DNA of 64,000 bases from positions 1 through 64,000 of the IMG/VR virus record IMGVR_UViG_3300037420_001736. The stretch is one strand, 5' to 3'. Below are positions 44,153 to 52,629 of the stretch, piece after piece. Made by a program: the position numbers and the translations under genes. The notes under the pieces were generated by a model, which made no database searches, was not told the DNA's origin, and saw only the letters and a list, made by a program, of their open reading frames with translations. The DNA is from a virus. The first letter of the stretch is position 1, and the number at the start of each line of letters is the position of its first letter.

Positions 44153-44839
44153 ATGGACGACAAGCCACGACACGGCGCAACGCACCCCCTGAAGGCGCAG
44201 GCCGACAAAGAGATAGCCGAACACCTGGCGCTGCACGGCGGCAAAAACTGGAAGCCTCTGATCGAGCGCTACACCGCGCAGGGCATCCACGAGCAGACCG
44301 TGTGGCGCTGGATCCGCCTCGCGCGCAAGGCCGACGCACCAAAGCCCACGCTCACCGCCGCGCGTGCGCGCATCGCTGAGGTGATCGGCGACGCGCCCAG
44401 CGCCAGCGAGATGCCGCCCAACGCGGCCGAGCTCGGCCAGCACCTGCCTGCCGCGCCGTCGCCGGCCTACATCGCCAAGGCTGGCGATCGAGGCATGCGC
44501 AACCTCGACATCCTGCGCGAGCTGGAAAGCGTCTACGGCGATGCGCTGATGCTGCGCGCGGCGGCCGTCAAGATGGTCTCCGACCCGGTGACCGGCGCCG
44601 AGGTCGAAGGCATCAAGAACCCGGTGCTGTTCGAGAAGCAGATGGTGCGCCGCGTGAGCGTGATGGAGACCGCCATCAAGGCCATGGGCGAGGTCTGGAA
44701 CATGCGCCAGATGCAGGAGTTCTACGAGGTCATCGTGCAGGAGATCGGGCGCGCTGACCCGCAGACGCAGCAGCGCATCATGCAGCGCTTGGCCGCGCTC
44801 AACGCGCGCACCGGCATGACGATGGCGATGCCGGCCTGA
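44153..44839 (+). CDS. terS: Terminase small subunit (putative)
   Basis: 228 aa directly upstream of terL. HTH-like IHEQTVWRWIRLARK. Confidence 0.55.
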   Translation: MDDKPRHGATHPLKAQADKEIAEHLALHGGKNWKPLIERYTAQGIHEQTVWRWIRLARKADAPKPTLTAARARIAEVIGDAPSASEMPPNAAELGQHLPAAPSPAYIAKAGDRGMRNLDILRELESVYGDALMLRAAAVKMVSDPVTGAEVEGIKNPVLFEKQMVRRVSVMETAIKAMGEVWNMRQMQEFYEVIVQEIGRADPQTQQRIMQRLAALNARTGMTMAMPA

Positions 44840-44843
44840 CGCG

Positions 44844-46916
44844 ATGGGAGCACCTGGTCGCAGCGGCAAGTGGCGCAAGCACGGCGTCGGCGACTGGCAC
44901 GCCGGCCTGGCCGCGGCCATCACCGTGCTGGAGCAGAAGACCGGATTCGTCGTCACCGAGCGCCGCAAGGTGATCGAGCCTGGCACGACGTTCCGCCAGT
45001 GGGTCGAGCAGCTGGCCGTCGATGGCCTGAAGGTCGACGGCAAGCCGTTCACGCTCGACGACCGGCCGGCGATGGCCTGGATCTACGACCAGATCCCGAG
45101 CACCGAGGACGAGGCCTTCCGCCTGGTGCTGGCGCTGATGAAATGCGCGCAGGTGGGCTTCACCGTGATGGAGATGCTGGCCGCGGTCTACCTGGGCCTG
45201 CGCTTCGGCCCGGCCACCATCGGCATGTTCCTGCCCGACATGAACCTGGCCGGCCTGAAGTCGACCGAGCGCTTCATGCCGATCGTGCGCAGCGTGCCGA
45301 AGGTGCACGAGCTGATGACGCAGGACGCGGCCGACGGCTCAGGCCGCAAGGCCGGCGAGGGCAACGTCAACCGCCGGCGCATCGACCAGGCGCTGTTCAT
45401 CTTCAGCTGGACCAGCGGCCGCGCCACCACCGAGTCGGTGCCGATGGACGTGCTGTCCCTCGACGAGGTGCAGGAGATGACGCTGGAGCAGATCGAGAAG
45501 ACCTACGAGCGCATGAGCGCGTCGGCGATCCGCTTCATGCAGATGGGCAGCACGGCCAACTGGCCCGACGCCGACATCCACCACTGGTACAAGCGCGGCA
45601 GCCAGCACCGCTTTTTCACGCGCTGCAAGACCTGCGGCAGCGAGAAGCCGCTGGACGAGTATTTCCCCGACTGCATCCGCGTGGTCGACGACCGCTGGCG
45701 CTACGTGTGCCCCGACGGCCACGTAATCGATGACCCGCAGCATGGCGAGTGGCGCGCCGAGAACCCGGCCGCGGACCCGCCCGTCGACGTCACCGTGCCC
45801 AAGCGCGACCGGCCGCTGCGCATCCGCAGCATCCACTTCCCGCAGTTCCTTTCACCGACGATCAGCGCGCAGGAAATCATCGACGCCTACCGCCACGCCA
45901 CCGACATGAAGAACTTCTTCAATCGGAAGCTGGGCAAGCCGTACCTGGACCCGAGCCAGGTGCCAGTGACGCTGGAGCACCTGCGCGAGTGCGAGCGCCT
46001 GGGCATCGAGGCCGGCCTGACGTGGCTGTCGCGCGCGCGCGGCACGTTCATGGGCATCGACCAGATGGGCCAGTTCAACGTCGTGGTGATCAAGTACAGG
46101 CTGCCCGACGGCCGCCAAGCCTTTGCGCACGTCGAGGAGGTCTACAGCGAAGACCCATTCGCGCGCTGCGACGAGCTCATGGACCAGTTCGGCGTGCAGT
46201 GCTGCGTGCTGGAGATCAACCCCAACTACAACGACGCGAAGCGCTTCGCCAACCGCCACCGCGGCAAGGTGTTCATCTGCGACAGCTTCGGCTCGCTGAA
46301 GGAGGACATGATCGTCTGGGGCGACGCGCCGAAGCAGAACGCCAGCGAGCGCCGCACCGACGACGAGGAGAAGGACCGCTACACCCTGCGCATGGACCAG
46401 TACAAGTGCATGCAGGTGTCGATGGCGCGCTTCGTCAAGGGCCTGTGCCTGTTCCCCGACAGCCAGGGCTTGGTGCAGGAGGTGCGCGAGAAGGGCGTTG
46501 CGCAGGTGGCCGCGGTGCTGCCGCGCGCCTGGCACCACTTCACCAAGACCGCGCTGGTGGCCGAGAAGGACGAGGAGACCAACCAGTTCAAGCGCAGCGT
46601 CAAGAAGGTGGGCATCGACCCGCACTTCAGCTACGCCAACATGCTGGCCGACGTGGCCTGGGCGCGCGCCCACGGCACCAGCACATTCCTGATGCCGGAG
46701 GTGAAGGGCGTGAGCGAAGACGTGAAGAAGGCCGAGGACATGAACCTGCACGGCCTGCCCGCCAACGTGGCGGCGATGATTCAGGTGCTGCCGGCCGGCC
46801 AGGTCTGCGGCCGCTGCAGCGCGTTCGAGGAGGCCACCAGCCGCTGCGTCGAACGCGAGCTGGTCGTGAACGCGCGCGACCAAGGCTGTCCGCTGTGGGA
46901 CCCGGTCGTGACCTGA
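44844..46916 (+). CDS. terL: Terminase large subunit (GpA-like)
   Basis: 690 aa. Walker A-like LMKCAQVGFT. VLSLDEVQEM. C-terminal nuclease-size region. Confidence 0.8.
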   Translation: MGAPGRSGKWRKHGVGDWHAGLAAAITVLEQKTGFVVTERRKVIEPGTTFRQWVEQLAVDGLKVDGKPFTLDDRPAMAWIYDQIPSTEDEAFRLVLALMKCAQVGFTVMEMLAAVYLGLRFGPATIGMFLPDMNLAGLKSTERFMPIVRSVPKVHELMTQDAADGSGRKAGEGNVNRRRIDQALFIFSWTSGRATTESVPMDVLSLDEVQEMTLEQIEKTYERMSASAIRFMQMGSTANWPDADIHHWYKRGSQHRFFTRCKTCGSEKPLDEYFPDCIRVVDDRWRYVCPDGHVIDDPQHGEWRAENPAADPPVDVTVPKRDRPLRIRSIHFPQFLSPTISAQEIIDAYRHATDMKNFFNRKLGKPYLDPSQVPVTLEHLRECERLGIEAGLTWLSRARGTFMGIDQMGQFNVVVIKYRLPDGRQAFAHVEEVYSEDPFARCDELMDQFGVQCCVLEINPNYNDAKRFANRHRGKVFICDSFGSLKEDMIVWGDAPKQNASERRTDDEEKDRYTLRMDQYKCMQVSMARFVKGLCLFPDSQGLVQEVREKGVAQVAAVLPRAWHHFTKTALVAEKDEETNQFKRSVKKVGIDPHFSYANMLADVAWARAHGTSTFLMPEVKGVSEDVKKAEDMNLHGLPANVAAMIQVLPAGQVCGRCSAFEEATSRCVERELVVNARDQGCPLWDPVVT

Positions 46917-47023
46917 AGATGAGGGCTCTTGCGTTGCAGCGAGTGAACCCGCCAACCCTGTCAGGAGTCCCGCCCATGAAGTGAGACCATCGGCACCTTG
47001 CGCCCGACGAGCGCCCGCCGAGA

Positions 47024-47062
47024 AGCCCCGACGCGCTAACCCCGCGTCGGGGCTTTGTTTTT
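47024..47062. terminator. Strong terminator between terL and the minus-strand island
   Basis: GCCCCGACGCG..CGCGTCGGGGC hairpin followed by TTTGTTTTT. Confidence 0.7.
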
Positions 47063-47085
47063 GGCCGGACGCGACAGACTGCGGA

Positions 47086-47385
47086 TCAGTCGGCCGGCTG
47101 CAGCGCCAGGTAGGCCGCGGCGCGCGCAAGCACGTCGCCATGGCAGGGCAGCGGCGCGCAGCAGCAGCACAGCCGGCGGCCGTGCAGTGCGCGCACCTTG
47201 GAGGCGAATGCCGGCTCGTTGCGCATGCGGCGCCAGAGGTACACCCGAAAGCTCGCGATCGCCTGCTCGCGCGAGGTGAGCGCGTCGATGGTGTACGGGT
47301 TGCCAAAGTCGCTGCCGCGCATGATGTCGACGGCATCGGGCGGCACCCGGCCGCCGTAGTGGTGCTTGTTGATGACGATCGTCAT
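47086..47385 (-). CDS. DUF4326 domain protein
   Basis: MTIVINKHHYGG...MRGSDFGNPYTI...LCCCCAPLPCHGDVL. Confidence 0.7.
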   Translation of the reverse strand: MTIVINKHHYGGRVPPDAVDIMRGSDFGNPYTIDALTSREQAIASFRVYLWRRMRNEPAFASKVRALHGRRLCCCCAPLPCHGDVLARAAAYLALQPAD

Positions 47386-47480
47386 GCGGCCGCCAGCGCG
47401 GCAACGGCCAGCACCGCCAGGCCGACCAGCAGCACGCGCGGCACCCAGAACGCCAACAGCAGTCGCGTGCGCAGCGTCAT
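47382..47480 (-). CDS. 32-aa hydrophobic peptide
   Basis: MTLRTRLLLAFWVPRVLLVGLAVLAVAALAAA. Overlap-coupled at both ends. Confidence 0.35.
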   Translation of the reverse strand: MTLRTRLLLAFWVPRVLLVGLAVLAVAALAAA

Positions 47481-47737
47481 TGCGCATCCTCGTCGGTGTA
47501 GAAGCCGGGCGCCAGCTTGCGTTCCTCGCGCGGCTTCGCGAGCTCGGCGCGATCGGCGGCCAGGTGCGCCGTCCTGGCGGCCTCCTCTCGATTGAGCCGG
47601 CGCGCCTCTTTGATCGCGCACTGCTCGGTGGGGCAGTCGCACATGATGGTGCCGGTGGTGTCGGCCGCACAGGTGCGCACGACAAGCCAGCGATCATCGT
47701 CGCCGGCCACAGCGCTGTAGGTGAAGACCGGATCCAC
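47477..47737 (-). CDS. Small hypothetical protein
   Basis: GTG start just after the upstream stop. ...IMCDCPTEQCAIKEARRL. Confidence 0.4.
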   Translation of the reverse strand: MDPVFTYSAVAGDDDRWLVVRTCAADTTGTIMCDCPTEQCAIKEARRLNREEAARTAHLAADRAELAKPREERKLAPGFYTDEDAQ

Positions 47738-47739
47738 GC

Positions 47740-47982
47740 TCAGTGCCCGCAGGGCAAGGCGCCGTGCTCGTCGACCTGGTGGCGCGCGCCGCAGCTGATG
47801 CACAGCGGCAGCTGGTGCAGGGTGCGCGGCTGCAGCGGGTCGGCGCCTGCTCGCTGCTCTGGTGTGAGATGGAACGCGCGGTAGGTGATCGGTGTCGCTG
47901 GGCGGTTGAGCGGAATGCTCTCCATCATGCGGCGCTGCGCTTCTGTTAGCTCGATGGCCTGGTGATGTTGCGGGTTCGGCAT
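47740..47982 (-). CDS. Small hypothetical protein
   Basis: 80-aa track ORF. C-terminal CISCGARH...C. Confidence 0.45.
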   Translation of the reverse strand: MPNPQHHQAIELTEAQRRMMESIPLNRPATPITYRAFHLTPEQRAGADPLQPRTLHQLPLCISCGARHQVDEHGALPCGH

Positions 47983-47993
47983 GGGTTCTCCTC

Positions 47994-48209
47994 CTATTCA
48001 GAAACGACGCCAATGAATTCGCCATCGGTGTCATAGACGTAGCGCCGCGTGCCGGCCGAGCTGGTCTCGCGCAGCGGTCGACCGCCATCGTCGTACTCCA
48101 CAACCCAGCGCACGCCGGCGACGGTGTATGCCTTCACGGCGCATGGCAGCGTGGGGTGCCTGCGTGAGTAGCACTCCACGCTGCTCGGCTCGCTGAGGTT
48201 CTGGGTCAA
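47994..48209 (-). CDS. YD-repeat-like mini-protein
   Basis: AGGAGGAGAG RBS plus TTG start. VVEYDDGGRPL...YVYDTDGEFIGV. Confidence 0.4.
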   Translation of the reverse strand: MTQNLSEPSSVECYSRRHPTLPCAVKAYTVAGVRWVVEYDDGGRPLRETSSAGTRRYVYDTDGEFIGVVSE

Positions 48210-48219
48210 GGCTCTCCTC

Positions 48220-48732
48220 CTACAGTGAGGCCGCGAGCTCGAACACCGACCGCGGCACGTTGGTGATCTCCGGCGCGCGTGTTCGCGTCCGCTTCTCCGC
48301 TGCACGGGCGCGTCGGTAGGCATTGGTCTGCGACACAGCGCGCGGCTGCGGTTTGTCCCGACCAGGCCACGCAGCGTAAACCGGTGCGTAGACGTTGCCG
48401 GAAAGAACCCAGTCGTGAATGTGGACAAGCATGTACTTCCAGTGCAGCCGCTGCAGGCGACCGCCGGCGGCCTGGGTGCTCAGCCCCATGCGGATCTCGA
48501 TGGCGTCGCGCGTCATCGGGCCGAGGCGATCGAGCGTCAGCAGCACCGCTTCCAGCTTGGCGTGCGGCCGCGCGGCGATCACCAGGTTCTGCCGGCGCAG
48601 CAGCCGGCGCCGGCGGCAGGTGCCCATCCAGGAGCGCTTGAAGCCGGCGGCCTGCAGGGCAGCGACGATGTCGCTCGTGGTGCCGGGCAGCGACAGGATG
48701 CGCAGCTCGTCGCTCGTCCAATGGTGACTCAC
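48220..48732 (-). CDS. Putative DNA-binding regulator
   Basis: GTGA overlap start. WTSDELRILSLPGTTSDIVAALQAAGF and a wHTH-like MTRDAIEIRMGLSTQAAGGRLQRL. Confidence 0.45.
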   Translation of the reverse strand: MSHHWTSDELRILSLPGTTSDIVAALQAAGFKRSWMGTCRRRRLLRRQNLVIAARPHAKLEAVLLTLDRLGPMTRDAIEIRMGLSTQAAGGRLQRLHWKYMLVHIHDWVLSGNVYAPVYAAWPGRDKPQPRAVSQTNAYRRARAAEKRTRTRAPEITNVPRSVFELAASL

Positions 48733-49418
48733 TCCACCGCTCCCTGGCGAAGCTGACGGGCACGCCAGACGCAGATTGCCAGCCCGCTCAGCAGCAGCGC
48801 CCACGTGCCAGGCTCTGGCACCGCCGGCACTGGCGGCCGCGGCGGCAGCACGATCGGCGGCGGCAGCTGCCACACGATCGGCGGGTGGCTCACCGGCAGC
48901 GGCGGCCAGGCCGGCTGCCACACCGGCGGCGCCTCAGCCACCAGCGGCGGCAGCACCGGCTCTTGTGGCAGCACGGTGAAGGGGATGTCGGCCAGCAGCA
49001 CCGCGCCGCCACCAGGCGCTGGCGAGTCGAGCTCGACGGGCGTCGCCGCCTGCGGCTTCGGCTTCGGCACCAGGTCGACCAGCGAGACATTGCGGCACAC
49101 CGTCGGCACGATGACGCACGCGCCTTCGGCGCAGAACACCAGGCCGCGCTCGCGCATCGCATCGCTCCACTTGGCGCGGCTGACGGCGCCGCACACCTGA
49201 CCGCGGCCGAAGTGCATCTGCCGCAGGTTGGTGTACTTGGCCCGGCCCTCGATGGTGTCGCGCGTGATCAGTGCCATGTCGTCGTAGGCGCGCGCGGCCA
49301 CCTTGGCCTGCAGCGCCTTGATGGTGGCCGGCGGCAGGTCGTAGCGCGCCACCGCGGCCACCACGTCGCCCATGAACGGGTTCTTGCCGGGATCGTCCCA
49401 GCTGCAGGCGTCGATCAT
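48729..49418 (-). CDS. PEP-CTERM sorting-signal protein (MHFG-type)
   Basis: C-terminus VPEPGTWALLLSGLAICVWRARQLR. Pro-rich linker. LRQMHFGRGQVCG in the N-terminal domain. Confidence 0.7.
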   Translation of the reverse strand: MIDACSWDDPGKNPFMGDVVAAVARYDLPPATIKALQAKVAARAYDDMALITRDTIEGRAKYTNLRQMHFGRGQVCGAVSRAKWSDAMRERGLVFCAEGACVIVPTVCRNVSLVDLVPKPKPQAATPVELDSPAPGGGAVLLADIPFTVLPQEPVLPPLVAEAPPVWQPAWPPLPVSHPPIVWQLPPPIVLPPRPPVPAVPEPGTWALLLSGLAICVWRARQLRQGAVE

Positions 49419-49753
49419 CGCGCCTCTCCCGCTGCCGGTTGCGCCGCTAGTGCGTCACCCTTTGCCACGCGCTGCGCGAAGCACTGCTTGGCCGACGCGC
49501 ACCAACCCACGTTGCGGCAGTCCCTGCAAATCTCGGTGATGGGGCTGTCTTGCGGGTCCGGCTGCGAGGGGGCTGCGGCGAGGCGATCGATGGCGGCGAA
49601 CGCGCGCAGGCGTGCGTCGCGGGCATTGCTGATGCGGGCGAGCGTGCCGCCGCCGCAGTCCGCGTCCACCGCTGCAGCGATAGCCGCGTCAATGCGCCGC
49701 TTGACCTCGGCCGCCAGCGCCTCTCGCTCTCCCGGTGGTGGGGTGGGGTTCAT
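49415..49753 (-). CDS. Hypothetical Cys-containing protein
   Basis: MNPTPPPGERE start overlapping the upstream stop. CRDCRNVGWC. Confidence 0.45.
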   Translation of the reverse strand: MNPTPPPGEREALAAEVKRRIDAAIAAAVDADCGGGTLARISNARDARLRAFAAIDRLAAAPSQPDPQDSPITEICRDCRNVGWCASAKQCFAQRVAKGDALAAQPAAGEAR

Positions 49754-50004
49754 GCGGCATCCCTTTTGAAGTAACCTGGCTGGCCGCCGCACCAGGGGCA
49801 CTGATTCAGCAGCAGCCCGCGGTCCTTCGCGCTGGTCTTGTAGATCACGCCGAGCAAGCGCACCGCATCGTCCGCGCCGACCTTCTTGGTCGTGTCAAGC
49901 GTGTGTACGGCCTTGAACCCCTTGCCGCCGTCGCAAAGACGCGCCCCGAGGTGGTCGCAGATGCTGTTCTCACCACACTGCACAGCTCTCGTTTCGCCGC
50001 TCAC
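49750..50004 (-). CDS. Small zinc-binding protein
   Basis: GGAGG RBS, GTGA overlap. QCGENSIC...CPWCGG. Confidence 0.45.
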   Translation of the reverse strand: MSGETRAVQCGENSICDHLGARLCDGGKGFKAVHTLDTTKKVGADDAVRLLGVIYKTSAKDRGLLLNQCPWCGGQPGYFKRDAA

Positions 50005-50558
50005 TCTGCCTCCCCCTTCCTGGCGTCGGCCGGGCGCGTGGATGCGCGGGCGGCGCCGCGGTCTTGCCCCCACACGAACCACTGGCCGGTGCTGGCTTCG
50101 ATCAGGCTGCGCGCCTCGGGGTGCCGGTCGTAGATGCGTACCAGCAGTGCCTTCGCTCGCGTGAGGTCCGTGCTCAGCCGCTGCGCATCCTCTGCCTGCC
50201 CCCTGGGGGCGGCGAACGACAGGATCACCCAGCCCGGCATGAGACCGTAGCCGGCCAGCACATGCGACACGGTGCGCTCGATCTGCTCGCCGGTGTAGAC
50301 CAGCGGCGTACCTGCTCGCATTTCGGCGCCCGTGTGCTGCGTGCGGCGAAGCACGAGGGTGTCGCCCACCTGAAAGTCTCGGTCGTTGAGGCGAATCTCG
50401 TGCGTCTTGGCGCCGCTGGCCACCGCGTCGAACACCTCGGGGTCCGTCTTCAATTCGTGCACGCGCCCCGTCAGCACGGTCTGCGCGGCGTCGGCCAGCG
50501 CCAGCGCTTTCTTGCCGGCCTCAGCCACGACGTGCACCCAGCTTGCTGCTGCCCGCAT
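50001..50558 (-). CDS. ASCH/DUF3850 domain protein
   Basis: HELKTDPEVFDAVASGAKTHEIRLNDRDFQVGDTLVLRR. Start may be an internal GTG (50528/50537). Confidence 0.7.
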   Translation of the reverse strand: MRAAASWVHVVAEAGKKALALADAAQTVLTGRVHELKTDPEVFDAVASGAKTHEIRLNDRDFQVGDTLVLRRTQHTGAEMRAGTPLVYTGEQIERTVSHVLAGYGLMPGWVILSFAAPRGQAEDAQRLSTDLTRAKALLVRIYDRHPEARSLIEASTGQWFVWGQDRGAARASTRPADARKGEAE

Positions 50559-50778
50559 TCGGCTGATCGTCGCTGTAGTCGAGCTCGGACGGCACGCGCA
50601 GCCGCAGCATCGCCAGGCCGGCGCCGATCAGCACCACCAGCAGCACCGCCATCGCGCCGACGGCCGCCGAGGTGCTGAGCGTCGGCATGGTGCTGACCAC
50701 GGCCAGCATGATCGACACCATCAGCGCGGCGATCAGGTAGGGCAGCAAGCCGCTGCTGGCGGAACGGATATTCGACAT
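50521..50778 (-). CDS. Two-TM membrane protein
   Basis: 85-aa track ORF. First gene of the minus-strand island. Confidence 0.5.
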   Translation of the reverse strand: MSNIRSASSGLLPYLIAALMVSIMLAVVSTMPTLSTSAAVGAMAVLLVVLIGAGLAMLRLRVPSELDYSDDQPNAGSSKLGARRG

Positions 50779-50892
50779 GGGCCACTCCTTGAGGGTTTAT
50801 AGGGAACGGCCGGATTCTATCGAAGCTGATCAAAAAAGAGCAACCAACGGTTGTAGGGATTGCTCTCGGCGTCGTGACGCCAGCATGGCGGG
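50779..50892. promoter_or_regulatory. Divergent promoter region (island vs portal operon)
   Basis: Low-GC spacer with CTGATCAAAAAAGAG (50826-50840). The same box family occurs at 21391 and 32947. Confidence 0.5.
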
Positions 50893-52629
50893 ATGGACAA
50901 TGCCGCCTCCGTAGCGTTCAACCCTGGCGCCCCGGCCGATGAGCGCTATGACGCGCAGGCCGAGCTCCAGAAAGCCCACGCGCCGCGCTCGCTGGGCGAC
51001 CTGCTGATCCCGCCGGCCGAGCTGCAGCCGGTGATCGATCACATCCGCAACGACCTGGAGGAGCAGGCGATGACGAAGGCGCTGGCGAAGCGCAACGTCA
51101 TCCCCTTCCCGTCGACCGCGGTCAAGCAGCGCAAGCCCGGCATGCAGTCGGTCTGGCTGGACGACCTGCAGGTGCAGGTGATGGGCGACTGGTACGAGCG
51201 GCCCAGCGCCTTCAGCTTCGACATGATGCGCTCGATGGTCACGCAGACGCCGGTGCTCAACAGCGTGATCATGACGCGCCAGCGCCAGGTGCAGCGCTTC
51301 TGCCGCCCGCAGTCCGGCGGCAAGGGTCCGGGCTTCAAGATCGCGCTGAAGGACCAGGAGGCCCAGCCTGGCGACGACGAGAAGTCGTCCATGCTGCTGC
51401 TGCAGGACTTCTTCACACACTGCGGCTGGGAGAAGCGGCCGCGCCACCGCATGCGCCTGAAGCGCGACGACTTCGCCACCTTCATGGCGAAGCTCACGCG
51501 CGACACGCTGACCATGGACTCGATGCCGATCGAGACCGAGTGGAAGCGCGACAAGAGCCTGGGCCTGGACGGCATGTATGCGGTCGACGGCTCCACCATC
51601 CGCCTGTGCACCGAGAACGGCTACCGCGGCGACGACGAGATCGTCGCGCTGCAGGTGGTGCAGGGCAACATCCGCGCGGCCTACACCTGCGAGGACCTGG
51701 TCTACGTGCCGCGCAACCCGCTGACCGACGTGCTGGCCGGCGGCTACGGCCTGAGCGAGACCGAGCTGCTGGTGCGCACGGTGACGGGCTTCCTGAACGC
51801 CTTCACCTACAACACCAAGTATTTCGACTCCAACGCCATCCCCAAGGGGATGCTGCACCTGACCGGCAACTTCGACAGCACCGACATCGCGGCCTTCAAG
51901 CGCCAGTGGAACGCGATGGTCAAGGGCATCAACAACGCCTGGGCGCTGCCGGTGATGATCTCCAAGGACGCCGAGTCGAAAGCGGCCTTCGAGAACTTCG
52001 GCGTCGAGGTCAACGAGATGCTGTTCGGCAAGTGGATCAGCTTCCTGGTGAGCATGATCTGCGCGATCTACGGCATGGCGCCGGACGAGATCAACTTCGA
52101 GAGCTTCACCACCGGCACCAGTTCGCTGTCTGGCAGCGACACCGAGGAGAAGCTGATCAACTCGAAGGACAAGGGCCTGCGGCCGCTGCTGTCCTACTAC
52201 GAGAACCTGTTCAGCGACTATGTCGTCGCGGAGTACGGCGACAAGTATTGCTTCCGCTTCACCGGCCTGGACGACGAGGACCCGAAGGCGGTCGAGGAGC
52301 GCCGCAAGAACGGCATGACGTGGAACGAGTACCGCGCGCTCGACGACCTGCCGCCGGTCGAGGGCAAGCTGGGCGACGCGCCGATGAACCCGACGCTGAT
52401 TGGCGCCTGGCAGGCCGAGAACCAGCAGCCCGAGCAGGACTTCGGCCAGCCCGGCGCGATGCCGCCTGGCGAGGACGACGACGGCGAGGAGGGTGGCGAG
52501 GACTTCGGCGAGGCCGGCCCCGAGAACGACACCGGCGCCGACTTCGGCGAGGGTGACGACGACGCGCAACCGGGCCCGGACGAGCTCGCCAAGACCTTCG
52601 GCCTGCCGGTGTTCCGCCCCGAGCCATGA
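50893..52629 (+). CDS. Portal protein
   Basis: 578 aa, with an acidic G/D/E-rich C-terminus. Precedes the MuF-like gene. Called from size and position. Confidence 0.7.
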   Translation: MDNAASVAFNPGAPADERYDAQAELQKAHAPRSLGDLLIPPAELQPVIDHIRNDLEEQAMTKALAKRNVIPFPSTAVKQRKPGMQSVWLDDLQVQVMGDWYERPSAFSFDMMRSMVTQTPVLNSVIMTRQRQVQRFCRPQSGGKGPGFKIALKDQEAQPGDDEKSSMLLLQDFFTHCGWEKRPRHRMRLKRDDFATFMAKLTRDTLTMDSMPIETEWKRDKSLGLDGMYAVDGSTIRLCTENGYRGDDEIVALQVVQGNIRAAYTCEDLVYVPRNPLTDVLAGGYGLSETELLVRTVTGFLNAFTYNTKYFDSNAIPKGMLHLTGNFDSTDIAAFKRQWNAMVKGINNAWALPVMISKDAESKAAFENFGVEVNEMLFGKWISFLVSMICAIYGMAPDEINFESFTTGTSSLSGSDTEEKLINSKDKGLRPLLSYYENLFSDYVVAEYGDKYCFRFTGLDDEDPKAVEERRKNGMTWNEYRALDDLPPVEGKLGDAPMNPTLIGAWQAENQQPEQDFGQPGAMPPGEDDDGEEGGEDFGEAGPENDTGADFGEGDDDAQPGPDELAKTFGLPVFRPEP

